Assembly (NCBI GenBank): GCA_021613535.1
Contig: CP075494.1
Coordinates: 14,756,001-14,820,000, forward strand
Direction of reading: 5' to 3'
DNA length: 64,000 nt
DNA from: Adineta vaga
Lineage: Eukaryota > Animalia > Rotifera
The notes under the pieces are model-generated. The model saw only the letters and a list, made by a program, of their open reading frames with translations, had not been told where the DNA came from and did not search any database. Positions within the stretch are counted from its first letter, which is position 1. Each line of letters begins with the position of its first letter. Made by a program: the position numbers and the translations under genes. Below, in pieces: positions 49,620 through 64,000 of this stretch.

Positions 49620-52200
49620 CTGTTAGAAAAATCAACAGAAAGCAAAAGGAAGTTGTGTACGATTGATCGTTCAATTTATTTTAGAAAACAGAAGAAAAAA
49701 AACACATCGATTTAAAAGTATTTCTAGAAAATGATTTTCTCGGTGATGACGAGAAGAAAAAATGAGTTCGGTCTCTCGGCACGATCCAGTGTATACACAT
49801 ATATATATATACACGTATTCAAAATTTATTCATTCTGTTTGTCTACTTGCTTGACTGTCATCTCAAAAAAAAAACTGTGCGTCAGAGTTATGAAGGTAAG
49901 TAAAAAGAAAAAAGAGAAAAATGTTCGTGAGAGTGATACAGAATAACGCGAACATCATATGAAAAGTAAGCATGCGAAAGTGCGAGAAAAAGAACAGAGA
50001 AGCAATACGAAAGCACGAGACAAAACGTATTGCGATGACTTTTTTCTTCTTATCAATCTAGGAAATAGAACTATTCTATATGTATCATTCATCTTTTTTC
50101 TTTTATTCAATTAATTGCCATTTACATACAGGAATTACTATTCATTTTCGAGACTTACTCTAAACTAGTTGATAGAAATGCTTTTTTAATCGACCATAGT
50201 CTATAATTTATAATTAGACGTAGTACGCATTTATGAAACAGTCATTTTCCAATTAATCAAATTAATTATTGACAATTTACGTTCTTTTAGTTCCTGTGTA
50301 ATTTTCATTTCCGAACAAGGTAAAACTATATCATTTATTCAGCAGATAATATATCAAGATAAGAAACTAAGAACAAGTGTTTTTTTTATTTCACAAAATA
50401 TTACTCTCTGTATAACATAAATTATCTCCTATTTAATATACAATTGTCATTGCATATGGACTCAACATGATTATATAAGAAAATTTATCATTGAAGATAA
50501 TTTTTTACAATAACATATTTTTATCAACCTAATATAATCATCTCTGACGTATATTTAGACGTATTCATCATTTATGCGTGCAAACACCGTCAGAATAATA
50601 AAATTTAGACATTGAATTGATTAATCAAGTTTTTTTTTTCTTAATGAAAACAACAACAATAATACATGAGATGACAGTCGAGAAAAATCTATATTTATTT
50701 GCAGATGATTTTCAAGTAGTTACCAATCATCTATAAATGAGTTCGCTATCTCACTTGAAAATCGTTTAATGGGAGAATGAACATCCGCTCGAAGCTCTAT
50801 CTATCCACTTTACTCAACATTGAGATTTGTCACAATTTCATGTATTCCACTCGAAAGTCTTCTTCATCATTCTATCAATGTTTTGCATGATAACACAAGA
50901 AAAAGAACGCGTAATAATAATGAAGTAGAGGCAAGGGAATTGAATAAATGCAAATGGCCGCAAGCATTTGTCTCCACATTTTTGCCTTGCTTGTACACTG
51001 TCTGCTCTTGTATGCTTCAATATATATAGATATACTTTCTAAGAATAAGAAGACGAAGACACAATGAATTAGAACAAAAAAAAACAGCAAGTGATCTGAA
51101 AATCGTCATTGTCGCCTTTATTGACTAGAGTACAGAACGAGCGCAAGCACAAGTCAGCATGTTACTGCTGTAGCACAGCTCGGAATCCTCTTTGCATCAT
51201 CAGCATGCATTGCTATTACTTCATCCCGTCGTTGATAACAACAACGACGACGAGGACGGCATTCTTGTCGACATTGCCGCCGTCGTCGTCGTCGTCGTCG
51301 CTAGCATCATCAGCAGGATTCTTCTACTACTAGTTGTGCGTTGCCTATCTAAGAAATGACGAAAACGACAAGAAGAAAAGATGAGAAAGAGAGAGTACAA
51401 GAAAAAGAAGAAGAAAGAAGGGAGAATAGGAAAAAAAAGAATGAAGGAAGTTTCTGTATGTCGTTGCATATTCTCTTAGCTAGCTTGCCACTATTTCCAA
51501 AAAAAAATAAAACAGTCGACTATTCCTTCTTGTTCTATGTGTATGTGCGTGCTTGTTGTATCCTCCTTCTTGCTCCTCCTTCTCAAATTATCATTATTCT
51601 TCTCTATATATCTTATCTTCACTGACTCTGTCCTATTAGTAGTAGTACTATTCTAATCTATGTTGAACAAACAAAACTTATATGATATAAAAATATATAG
51701 ATATCTCAATACATAATTGATCAAGATAGAAAAAGAAATCATTGAATAGTAGTACTTTACTAGAATTTTTTCTCTCTTTTTCTTTCCATATGTTTCAGAT
51801 TCGATCGATAAAAACATATGTCGTAGCATAGTATTGACATTGCTCATCGTTACCAAACCGAGTTCATATTTGTATTACAACAACTCGTTGTCATCTGTGA
51901 TGAACGTCGTTTCTCTCCGTTTCTGTGATCATTCCAAGAACAACAAACACAATAAAACTAGATCTTCTAACAACATTCGTCATCTCTATCATCATCTATT
52001 AACTCTTCAAAACTTAAAACAACAACAAACTTTTCTTCATCATTGCTGACAATTAATTTTTCGACTTATCTCCTCTTCATCATTTGAACTAGGACAATAG
52101 AATTTACTCGTTGAACAACGGAAGATAGATTAGTATCGAACGACGTAGACTCTTGCCGGAAATCTAATGCTGGCCGAGTCGATAATTTGATGATGCAAGT

Positions 52201-55091
52201 ATGAAAAAACAAAACGTTCGTACCTTAACACTTATTGTTTCAACATTCAGGTTTGTTTCAAAACGAAAATTGATCGAAAATTGAAATTTTCTTCTTTAGC
52301 TATTTGCTTGTTGGTGCGGCCATATTCGACGCACTTGAATCCAATACAGAAGATTTGTTACGCAGACAATATCAAACAGCTGAAAAGAGCATGCTTATTA
52401 CTTATAATATCTCTCCTACTGAATATTTTGAACTTGAAGATATTGTTATCAAATATCAACCGCATAAAGCTGGTGCACAATGGAAATTTCCAGGAGCATT
52501 TTATTTTTCACTCACTGTTATAACAACTATCGGTAAGAAAGATTATTATTCATGATTGATCTTCTAAATTGAACTTATTCATTTTTTTTCTTCTTCTCTA
52601 TTTACTCATTGTCTTTCTCTTTCTATCAGTTCGAAGATTTATTTTTTATCTATATATATATACATGTCTTATGGGAACAAGAAAAGGATAAAAATAAGGT
52701 ACCCATTGCGTGTCAATTAAGGCAACTCACGATTCTCTCATATATTCTGTTTACTGATTAAAGAAGAAAAACGTTTCCTAAGATGTTCATGTGTTAGAAA
52801 TGTATTGGAAGAGAAGAAGTTTTTCTCATCCATTTGCTTCATTTCTTTTTATGTTCGTTTGATTGTATTGAGAAAAGAAAATCGGTAGACGTTTTTGTTT
52901 CAATTGTTTTTTGATGCATTTTTTTCTACTGTTAATTGTCAAAGTTTTTCTCCTAGTTGCGAAGACAAAAGGAAAAAAAAGGATGGGTGGAACATGAACG
53001 ATTTTTTGTTAATCTCTGTTGTATACACACGCACGAATCGCATTCCATTTTTTCCCCACAAAAAAACACAGACAGAAAGAAAGCCTAGATCTTGTTTGTT
53101 ACCAATGACATTCGACTCATTAGACTCTGTTGAGTGCGTCCTGTCACACAAATATATTTGGTTGTCGATAGGAACGTGAGAGAGAGAGAAAATAATTGTC
53201 AAAATTATAGTGATAGTATACGAGTTCTCGCGATGACGTCAATGAATGAATGTCATGTCCCTTATACACATATCAAGGTAATGACATGGAGATAATGCGG
53301 AAACCAATGGTCTGTTTAATGTATTATAACTTGTTAGAAATAAGAATATTTTTAAGCAACAGCTTGAGGCAAAAGTATCCTTGATATATGTGACATGAAT
53401 TCTCCATTTTTCTGTTTGTCTACGACCTTGGTTGATGTGATTATATCACAATAAAGCGAGAGAGAACAAAACCGAGTTATTATGATCAAAAGATATCGAA
53501 TGTAAATATGTGTAGATTTTTTTCCAGAGAATAAATCAATCACAAGAATAAATCGAAGATATTTATTAATGAAAAAAAGCTGTTATTTAATTCTCTAATG
53601 TATAGAACTGACTTTCTAATGACAGTTTAATAATTCTATTCGACATTTATTAGATCCATAGGGTTATTAGAAAAGATTTTTGAAGAGAAAAAGATTATGA
53701 CATTCATCATGTTTCTATTCTATCTGTAATCTAATTTTGAAAGAATTCCTATTACAGTAAAAACATCATTTATACGAGAAAAAGAAAGAAAGAAAGAAAG
53801 AAAGAAAAAAGATATTTTTTGAACACTTATTTCAATTCTAATCATAAATTTTCGATTGATTTCTAGGCTATGGCCATTCTTGTCCGACGACAAGTAAGTT
53901 CACAATTGATTGAGAATTTCTCTATGTGATTTGTTTGTTCCGTAGCTTGGGGAAAATCGTTTTGTATGCTCTATGCTGTTATTGGTATTCCACTTTGTCT
54001 TGTTATGTTTCAATCGGTTGGTGAACGTCTAAATAATTTTGCTAGTTGGTGTATAAAAACGATCAAGAAATGTTTGAAATTTCGTTTTTATGAATCTACC
54101 CAAACAGAACTTGTGATTGTTGGTACTGTTCTTGCAGTAGGAGTTGTTACAGGTGGTGCCGCTATGTTTCATCATTATGAATCATGGGGTTATTTCAATT
54201 GTGTTTATTACTGTTTTATAACATTAACAACTATAGGTAAAGAAGAAAAGCAAATTCCAAAGTTGATTGTTTTCTTTTTTTTTTGTGTCTTAAGGTTTTG
54301 GCGATTTTGTTGCTTTACAAACGAATGAAGCCTTGAATTCCAATGTTTTTTATGTAGTTTTATCTATGACATTTATTCTCTTTGGTCTAACAGTTGTCGC
54401 TTCGTCAATGAATTTACTTGTCCTAAGATTTTTAACAATGAATACGGAAGATGAACGACGCGAGGAAATTCAATCGGCTGTTGCTCGAAGTTCACTTCGA
54501 TTTGGTAGTGATATAATTAGTGCAAATGGTAAAAGAAAGAAAAAATTCTCTTTTAACAAACTATCATCTTTTTATTTAGGTACATTGATACCGACCTTTA
54601 GTCCTGATCAATTAGAATATCTTTCCACGGAATTAACTCCATCGGAATCCGAACCGTGTCATTGTTGTTCATGTTTTATGCGTCGACGAAAAGAACGTAA
54701 AAAATTTACTGTTCGCCGTATGCCAGGAAAAGTTGCTCATCTCGTACCAATGCAACGTTTTGATTCAGGAACAACAAAACGAAGTCTATCAGTAGCTAAA
54801 CCGTCCAATACTGATTTCAATCTTTCGTCATCGATGAAAATACCAACAATGACAAGAACATCCGTCGATAATCCTTCACTGGCTAATCGATCACCGCCAC
54901 CTCCTTTTCCTTCTTCAACATCAACTCATTCATTAAAACCACCGTCTGAACAAGCAACTCATGTGAATAAAAAAGACTTAGACAAGACATTATCACCAAC
55001 GAAAATCAAAGCAATTCTATCTCGTTTTCGACCAGATATCGAAATGATTCCAGTTCGATTCGATGGCAATGTCAAACGATCTTCCGTGTGA
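52201..55091 (+). CDS. Two-pore potassium channel, TASK subfamily (KCNK3/9, sup-9-like)
   Basis: [89 protein letters not shown]; C-terminal KRSSV 14-3-3 motif. Confidence 0.95.
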
Positions 55092-55357
55092 TCTCTTTTG
55101 TTTCTATACTGTATCTTTCAAAAAAAAACACAAACATGAAAATCTATCTTATTTCTTCATTCATACTTTTATTTTTTATGGTTATTATTATTATTATCAT
55201 CATCAAAGGAGAAAATAGGATTACACATAAACACATGAGAAAGAGAAAAGAAACTAATGAATATTGAATGTAAAAATAAATGATAAGAGATTCCTATATA
55301 CATATTGGATTATCTATCTAATCTACCATACATGTTTGGATAAGAGAAGATTTTTTT

Positions 55358-58300
55358 TTAATCAAAATCGTCGTCATCTGAGATATGATAAGTTTTCTTT
55401 GCAGTATTTTCACGTTGAACACGAGCCTAGAATGAAAACCTAACGAAATTCAATACTATCAAAGTTTTCTCAATACTTTTTTATTTGAATTTGGTGAAAT
55501 GGAAACAATAGCAATGTCATCATCTTCATCACTATCCTAGAAAGAAGAAAAAAAAGAAGATTTAAATAATTAAAAATGATGGATCAAATGAAAATTTACA
55601 GCTGTCGGTTTTGGTCGTTTGGCGGTTTTCGTTTCTTTTTTTGTAGCTTCTTTCTTTGTTGTTGTTGTTGTTGTACCAGGTTCTTTTTTAGCCTAGAAGA
55701 TTTTTATTGCAAAGAAAACAAAAAAGAATGATGAGAGAATCAATATTGACTTACTCGAGGTTTTTTTGGTTTATCCATTTTATTCTCATCTTTTGTTTGT
55801 CGATTTTGCATTAAAACATTCAATGCATTTGTCTTTTCAGGTGACTAGAAAAATCCATGGAAACTTATCAATAATGATCTTCCAAAACAAAAGTCACAAG
55901 AATTTACTTGAGGTTTTGCTTTTGGTTTACTTTTTTTAACAATTTTTTCCGTTTCTGAATCACTACCATGATAATCAGATTCATTGTCATCGAGATTTTC
56001 TTGATTTTCACCATCATCATCATCATCATCACTACCATAGTTAATCTTTTTGTCTTTAACTGTTCGTTTCACAGTACGTTTTGGAGAAATATCATCGGAA
56101 TTATCTTTTCCATCGATAGAAACAATAGATGTATTGCTATTTTCATCCATTGTACCATTCATTTTCTTTTCTTTCGTTTGTTCACTGGATTTCTTTTCTA
56201 GAAAGTGAAAATCAAAAGATAACGAAACGAAAATGAATGAATGAATGAATGAATGAAATACAAACCTGTTACACCACCGATTCTTCTCTTTTCTTTACAA
56301 CGTGTTTGCATCATTTGAGAAATTTCTTCGGATGAAACACCTTCATTAACAAGAAATTCAATAATCGTTCGTTTATCAGCAATAGTTTTTTCTTCCTAAA
56401 ACAATTCTTCATTATAAAACGAGGAGAAAAATAACAACAACACTAAATTGAATCATACTCGATTACGTTTAGCAAGTTCTTCGGCAACTTTCTTTACAAA
56501 TCCTGGATCGAGTATCGGTGCAATACGTTGACCATTGGGTGCAGGTCTTGTTTCAGCTCGTTGGGGTTTTGCTCCTTGGTTTTTACGACCTTTACTATCA
56601 CCACCCACTTTTTTCGTTGTATAATGAGCGACTTCGGACATTTCATCAGCACGTTCTTTTGCAATAGCCTAAATATCTCGAAGAAAACATGTTTCTATTC
56701 TTTGATACACTGAACTTACTTTATGATATTCTGATTCGAAGTTATTTAGATCATCTTCATATAAATCTTCCGGAGATTTCTTTTGTAAAGCTTCGAGTTT
56801 GTCATGTTTTTCTTGTTGATCTCGAAGAATTTCATTTCGTCGTTCTTTTGTTAAATTACGTAAAGACATGTTAATTAAGTAATCATAATAAGTTGTATCA
56901 ACTTTATTAGTTGTTACTACTGTCGTTGTTTTCGATTTTTGATTTTCATTCGAATCATCATCATCTTCATCGTCTTCATCATCTTCTTGTTTTCGTTGTA
57001 AATCAGCTAATTGATCAGGATTATCATTTGCAGAATTCACTTGAAAATCAACAGCAAACTAAATTTAACAATCTATAACTTTTTTGTCTAAATTTATTCT
57101 ATTAATTTACCTTCTTTTTTGCTTCTTCACGCCAGACTTTTTCCGGATCTCGATCATATTTACGTTCAATAAGCATTTCAACAACAGCACCGATCTTTTT
57201 ATTTTCTACACTAATAACATTTTCAATTTTTTCTTTAATAAATCGTGCAATATTATCCAATTTTGAACATTGTGATTGTAATGTTCCGACCATATATTCC
57301 TTTCGTTTGACATACATTTGAAGACGAACAGTAAAAAATTCTTGACAAATTTCTTCAGGACTTCGATAACGACGTAGAATACCATGATGATCAAAAAGAA
57401 CCATATTTGTTAATTTAAATGTTTCTTGTAAACGAAAAGTTTTATGAAGACCAGATTCATGAAATTTAGCAAATTGTCCTTGAGATAATTTCACAACGAA
57501 ACGAACTGTTGTATCCGTATGGTATTCTTTATAATCAAGAATACTTGGTGGAATATCATTACGTTTTGGATGAAGCATTACTTCGAGAACATTTTCTTTA
57601 TAATATTGTGTCCATGTACCAACAGGTAAATCTGTTATTTCAATTGTAGCTTCATCAAGTTTTGCACAAACACCATTGATAACTCCACGTGTACGATCAT
57701 TATCTAATAATTTAATTTCACCTGTAAAATTCTTATACCATGGAACTAATTCTTCCAATGTGAAAGTATCCGAATATGTAAATGGTTGACCAGTTGGATC
57801 ATTTAATGCTCGTTGTCGATTACGTTCTTGTCGAATGTAATATCTCATATTATTACTTAACGTTAAGGGATTGTAGGCAGGAATATCCGTTGAATAACCT
57901 GTTCCAACACCATGTGCACCGTTAACAAGAACAGTTGGAATAACAGGACAATACCATTCAGGTTCAATACTCATTCCATCTTCATTTAAATAAGTTAATA
58001 ATGGTTCATCATTTTTATTGAATAATGATAGAGCAAGAGGACTAAGTCGTGTGAAAATATAACGTGCAGAAGCTGCATCACTACCACCATGTAATCGTGT
58101 ACCAAATTGACCAGCTGGTACAAGAAAATTAATATTATTTGAACCAACAAAGTTTTGTGCAAGACCTACAATTGTATTGGTTAATGATTGTTCACCATGA
58201 TGATAAGCAGAATTTTCAGCTACTTTGCCACCTAATTGTGCGACTTTAATTTCACGTATTAAATTTTTCGTGAAACAAACAAACATGATTTTACGTTGAC

Positions 58301-60824
58301 CTGGTTTAAGACCATCCATTATACTTGGAATAGCACGTTCAGTACTTGATTTCGAAAATAGAACTAATTCTTTATTGATAAAATCATTAAAATTAATTTG
58401 TTTCGTATCTTTTTTATATAAATAATCCGATGGTAGATTCTGTTCACGTCTTTGATTAACATCTTCTGTATGCCATTTAATCCAATCTTTTCGATCATCA
58501 CTTAATGCACTATTGAATGCTAATTGTATAGCTAAATCATCTTTAATTGAATCATATTTAAATAAAATACGATGACGATCCATATTCGAAAAATATTCTT
58601 TCGCTTCTTTAGCAGTTGATGTACCCAAACCTGAGATTGACGATATAAATTCAAGAGATCAATTTCATAAGAAGAAAGAAAGAAAAAAAACCTTTGTAGT
58701 ATTTGCATTTCCATTTTTGCCAATTTGGTGTTGATGCTTGCCATTGTTCAAATTCAGGCATGGAATAAAATGGAATTACATCATTACCTTTGGTAACCTA
58801 GATGAAAGATACAAGTTAATGGCAATTGAATTAATCTGATGGATGTTCTTCTTACTTTAAGAATTGGTGTAATGAAAACTTCAATGTAATCATGTTTAAG
58901 TAAATTTGGCCATTTATAATGAATAAAATTAATAACTAAACCTTTAATATGACTACCATCTTGATCTTGATCAGCCATAATCATTAATTTTCCATAACGT
59001 AATTTGGTTAAATCACTTTTATTCACATATTTTTCTCCATAATTCAATCCAAGAATTTTCACTAATTGTGAAACTTCACTATTTTCCGTCATTTTCTTTG
59101 TCGTTGCTTCTCGAACATTTAACATTTTACCTTTCAATGGATAAACACCGTAACGATCTCGACCAATAACACCAAGTCCAGCTACAGCAAGTGCTTTAGC
59201 TGAATCTCCTTCAGTAACAATCAATGTACAAGATTGTGAATTCTTTGTTCCGGCATCATTAGCATCATCAAGTTTAGGAATACCTTTTAATTTCGATGTT
59301 TTCGAGCCACTTTGCTTTTGTAATTTCGCATCTTGTTTATGTTCAAGCCAATTAATGACTGATTCGACAATGCCAGTTTTTTTAATAATATCTTTAAAGA
59401 ATGTTTCATCATCTTTCAATGTACATGTTGATCCAAAATGTTTTCGTTCAGTTGCTAATTGTTTCTTTGCTTGTGATTCAAATTCAGGATTTTCAATTAA
59501 ACAATTAACAAAAACGAAAAGATGACTTTTCAATTGCATTGGTTTAAGATTTTCTCCCGCTGCTTTACTTTTCTTTTTAATATGTTCAACTAATTTCGGA
59601 CAAATTTGTTCAGTAATATAATCAACATGTTTTCCACCTTCGGATGTTAAAATTGAATTGACAAAACTAACTTGTGTAAAACCATTATTATGATCATTCT
59701 TTGCTACACCAACTTCCCAACGTTCATTGACTTTTTTATAAACAATTTCTTTTTCTGATGTTTCAAGATACATTAACATATAATCTTTCATATTTTTCAC
59801 TGGAATACGTTTCCCATTGAGTGTTACTTTACAACCAGTTGATATTGCAACATCATAAGCACGTCGTTTGAATAATGCTACAAGATCATCATCAAATTTT
59901 TCCAATTGAAATCGTTTTAAATCCGGTACGAAAGTAATTCGTGTAAATTCTTTTGGATTATCACTTGTTTTAGTTACAATTGCATCTTGTGGATCACGCA
60001 TATTATTTGTCCAAGTCTAGAAAAATGTCATATTCATTTATTTAAACGAACAAATAAATCATACTTGTTTAAAAGATTTTTTATATTCTTTTGAACATGT
60101 TTCAACGGTAAATTTTGTACTAAAAATATTTGTTACTTTCGCACCATAACCATTCCGACCACCTATGTTTAGAAATGAAATGAAAATTGGAAGAAAAATT
60201 TATAGATTTATTTTACCAGTAATTCGTTTTTGATTATCATTGAAATTATCAGATGTAAGAAGTTTACCAAAGATTAATGTTGGAATATAAATCGATTCAT
60301 CTTGAGCCCATTTACGAACAGGAATACCACGACCATCGTTACAAATTTTAATTTCACCTTTTTCTCTAATCATATCGAAAGTTAATTGAATCAATTTTGT
60401 AAAACAATATCTACGTACTGATTGATATCTACATCGATGGAAGTCATTGTTGAATCACGTTGCTTGTTATCAGCAGCATTAACTAAATATTAGACGAAAT
60501 TTTCGAAAAGTAAACACAATTTTCTTATCATTACCGAGAATTTCATCAAAAATTTTGTAAAGACCAGGTATATATGTGATCTGTTTTTTGATAATTTTTG
60601 GTCCTTCTTCACTTGTCTCATCAACAATCCACATTTCCTATAATATCAAAATGATTGAAGACGATATTCGGAGAAGATGTTATTTTTACTTCATGACATG
60701 GTTTATTTGATCCAATATATGTTTCAGGTCGTTTGAGAATATGATCAAGTTGTTCGAGAAGTTGATAAGTTTCTTCATCTTTATTTGGTGCATCACTTAT
60801 AGATTTATTCATTGAAGACGCCAT
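55358..60824 (-). CDS. TOP2: DNA topoisomerase II
   Basis: HILKRPETYIGS, GLYKIFDEILVNAADN, GGRNGYGAK, TEGDSAK, PLKGK, IMADQDQDGSHIKGL, DGLKPGQRK, YHHGE, catalytic ASARYIFT; low-complexity acidic/basic CTD. Confidence 0.97.
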
Positions 60825-62292
60825 GATACAAAACAACGTCTTTCAATCAATGTGAAGAACGTTTCGATACAATGATGAATTATGTGTATATTCACCGCCA
60901 ATCTAAGAATGAATAGAAACGACGTTTGTCTATTTCTCTCTCTTTAAATAATCATGTGATACTTTGTTTAACAAAGTCTTTGTATTTATATGTTGGATTT
61001 TTGTTCGTTTCTCTTTATTTAAAATGATGAGTTCATTTCAAAGTATTATCAGGATGATAATAAACTATTAAATGAAGTTGAGAGGATTTTGAATATATGT
61101 TTTGAGAAGTACAGAGAAAAATCGTTGAATTTAAGTTCGATAGATGCCTCTATTTGTCATTTATCGATATGAAAACTATAGAAAAAGTAGGTCCTATATC
61201 TTTTTTGATGAAATCGTTGAATACTAACTGAAATTTTCCAATGCTAGATGAACTCAGATTTCTTACTTTCATACTATATCTCACCGACAAAAGAAATACA
61301 TAGTAGATAAAACAAAATGAACACTATCACCATAATAATCAATATTTTGTATTTTCGCATTCTAATTATCTTTCATAAATTATATATAAATCGATAGAAA
61401 ACAGTGACTGTTTAATTATTTTCAATAAAACATCATAGAAGTTCATGTGAAAAGAAAAATTTCATTACATAGGTCATTTAATTATTCATTTAGGGCATGT
61501 TAACACAAAGGTGCGTGAGTGTCTTCTTGCACATTTTGATGCCAAAATAGATGTTCTATTGCTTTTAAATATAGAAGCTCGAGTAACCAATGTTCATTAA
61601 AACACAAAATTCGACGTCATATTTTCAAGTAGGAGTACACCATAGGTGTGAAGAGAAAAAAAAACATAGTCCAAAGAAATTTGAAGACTTATTCAAGCAG
61701 ATAATATATCTTCTGTTTCTTTTTTTTTCTCTCTTCATTTTAGTCTACTTCGTGTCAATGGTAACACTAAAACATAATCTAAGCGTATTTCCTATCCTCT
61801 TTTTACCGTTTAGTTTAATTACATATTATGAAATTTATGAGAGAATATAGATTACTTCGCAATGAGAACCATCTAAGTAACATTACGTCGTAGTTTTTTT
61901 TCTATATTGAAGATAAGAAGAAAAAACTGTTCTGTTTTATTTCAAGTATATACGAAATCCTATTCCTTTACGTTTTTTTTCGTTAATTTTTGTATATTTA
62001 CATATAATTCATAACGATTCAGTTTTTTTCTTTTTTCAGACTAAACCATATAGTATTTATGGCCAACGTATTTGTTATTTTTAGTTCTTTCTGTATAATA
62101 TATCAAACTTAGAGTACGTTGTGTGCTTAGCAATTTAAATAAGTTGACACTCTTGCATTTTTTTAATCAATTTTTTACGATGATTCATTCTATGTCTCAT
62201 CATAAACGACAATACTTACTCATACATAAGATTGAGTATATAAAGTATTGAAGTTTCTATTTTTCTTCATATTATTTAAGACAAATCGAATT

Positions 62293-62492
62293 ATGGATTC
62301 ATTAAATAGTACGGAACAAATATTTCAACAAGAGAATAAACATTATTTACATAAACCAGTCCAACAAGTTCGAAGTTATGATAATACTCGTCAAAAACAA
62401 AAGAAACAACAAACATTTATTAGACATAATCGTTCAAAGTCTACCGGTTTTCGACATTCTATACGACATTTAACTTCATGTGCTTTAGTCAG
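62293..62492 (+). CDS. Probable first coding exon of an unidentified gene continuing beyond the window
   Basis: ATG-initiated protein-like frame MDSLNSTEQIFQQENK...RHLTSCALV ending at an AG|GTAAAT donor. No family motif visible. Confidence 0.45.
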
Positions 62493-63526
62493 GTAAATCA
62501 TTGTGACTGAATAATTATAAACCGTCTTCAGGTATGTGACATTTTTCTGTTTCTCTAGAACTAGGTTTTCCCTTATGTTCTGGAACGTTCATACGATGCT
62601 TATCGGACTCGACAGCCTAGTCGTTCGATTCCACCATTATATATTCTGCATTTTGCCGAAGAGAAAAAGCGAGAAGATAGTAAACATAGTTTCTATTGTG
62701 GAGATTTTTCTTCTTCTTCTTCTTCTTCTTCTATCGCCTAATAAAGAGGATCTAATGTTGCCGTGAGCGTCCTGACGGTATGTGGAAAAAAAAGAGATGT
62801 TGATGTCACTTAGTCGATTTTCTAGCGTCTCGTTTTTGTTTTATCGCACGTTCGCAGTTTAAATGTAGAAGTAAGTAATCAAGAAAACAAAAGGCAACAA
62901 TAGACAAAAACAAAAAAAAAGAAATTTTAACACGTGCTTAATGAATAGAAAAATGAAAGAAGGGTAAGTCGTTTTTCCCATTGTACTGAAATTAGAAACT
63001 AACATTTTTTTTCTTTTTAAGAAAATATTTATATATATGTGTGTTTATTCATCTTGAATGAGCTGAGAAATATTTCTTCATTTATAGTTTCTCTTTGATT
63101 AGAAGCAGAAGGACAAGAATAGGATAGATATCAATATCATTTTTCATTTATTATTCAAAAGAGTGAAATAATATAAGATAGAAAATGTTTTGTTAGTACA
63201 ATTTTCTTCATTCTAGTGGTGAATAGGAGTGCCATTCTCCTGAATATATAGAAAATGTTTTACTTCAGTTGTCGTCTCGTTCGACAGCTACTAGTTGAAT
63301 CATTAAGTATTGCCATAACTAGAAGTCGTCAGAGAAAAAACAACAGGAAAACGAACATTTATAATCGATTACTTTTTCTTTAAATGAGAAAAAAACGAGT
63401 ATGTGAATGTGTCACTACATCGACAATAGCTTTCTTAGTTTGATAAAAATCGACGAGAAATAAGAAGAATATTGAATTTACTTTAACGTTCTTTTATTTC
63501 TCGAGAACGCGACTACTATTCAAATT

Positions 63527-63553
63527 TTCTTCTTCTTCTTCTTCTTCTTCTTC
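63527..63553. repeat. (TTC)n microsatellite
   Basis: Direct reading. Other short tandem repeats: (GAAA)n at about 53783-53806, (GAAT)n at about 56233-56256, (CTT)n at about 62709-62731. Confidence 0.85.
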
Positions 63554-64000
63554 CCAATGTTTATCACTTTATAAACACTATTCAAAAACCAAATGTTATT
63601 ATTCAGGTAGGGAAAATGAATTTCATTAGGAAGACTTTGATAAAAAAACAGACATATAATTATTTACGGAGGAGTTTCAAAATATACATTCACATATAGG
63701 CGAATGAATAACCTATAATATTACTTCTGAAGAAAGACATTTTCTTCGTGTAGGTGTATTCCTTTATTTTTTTAAATTTATTCATCAATACCATCATCAA
63801 TCGGAAATGCAATTTTCTTCCGACTACTTTCACGAGATATATATATATGAAAGAAAATATTGATAATGATCATCAAAAATAAACAAAAGAATATTGAGAT
63901 GAGAGATATCGATCATTTCTTCTGATCAAATGTCAAGTATACTTAGAAAAGATTATATCAATGATATAATATATCCGAAATTGTTGTATTTTATTTGGAT

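Noticed and set aside
49731-52049. Multiple short ORFs between RNF217 and the K2P channel
   Set aside because: Derived from simple repeats and AT-rich regulatory or UTR DNA, with no coherent splice structure.
53867-53893. 27-nt microexon encoding GYGHSCPTT of the K2P pore
   Set aside because: Required constitutively for the first selectivity filter. The intron at TTIG|YG is typical of TASK genes, so this is not novel.
1-64000. Spliced-leader RNA gene, tRNA, rRNA, CRISPR array, telomeric repeats or intact transposon
   Set aside because: None recognised by eye. A covariance-model scan would be needed to exclude small RNAs.

Overview
AT-rich, gene-dense eukaryotic (animal) DNA with many short (about 45-70 nt) GT-AG introns. 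The style suggests a bdelloid rotifer, but that is inference only. About 19 protein-coding loci were read by manual splicing, in order: FAIM (5'-partial), an orphan ORF, a small neuropeptide-like precursor, PLK4, an E-protein bHLH (TCF3/4/12-daughterless), RAPGEF1/C3G, a decayed ORF, ADO, NUP98-96, ARFGAP2/3, a LURP-one/tubby-C-like protein, a small type I membrane protein, CCDC92, CCDC57, ODAD2/ARMC4, an ODF3-type SHIPPO-repeat protein, ENTPD4/7, XPD/ERCC2, RNF217, a TASK-type K2P channel, TOP2, and the first exon of an unidentified gene. No rRNA, tRNA, CRISPR or intact mobile element was recognised. The main observations are: (1) a hidden alternative first exon in the E-protein gene at the position of the vertebrate HEBAlt/TCF4-A Alt exon; (2) a bipartite ~64-nt element with identical spacing, duplicated upstream of XPD and ENTPD; (3) two operon-like same-strand gene pairs with an acceptor just before the downstream ATG; (4) stop-containing cassette exons in C3G and ARFGAP; (5) substitutions at key residues (NUP98 HFT, TOP2 PLKGK, ADO Cys-x-Cys) and a PLK4 without polo box 3; (6) RFX X-boxes in a cluster of cilium/centriole genes. 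Gene identities rest on recalled family motifs, not database searches.
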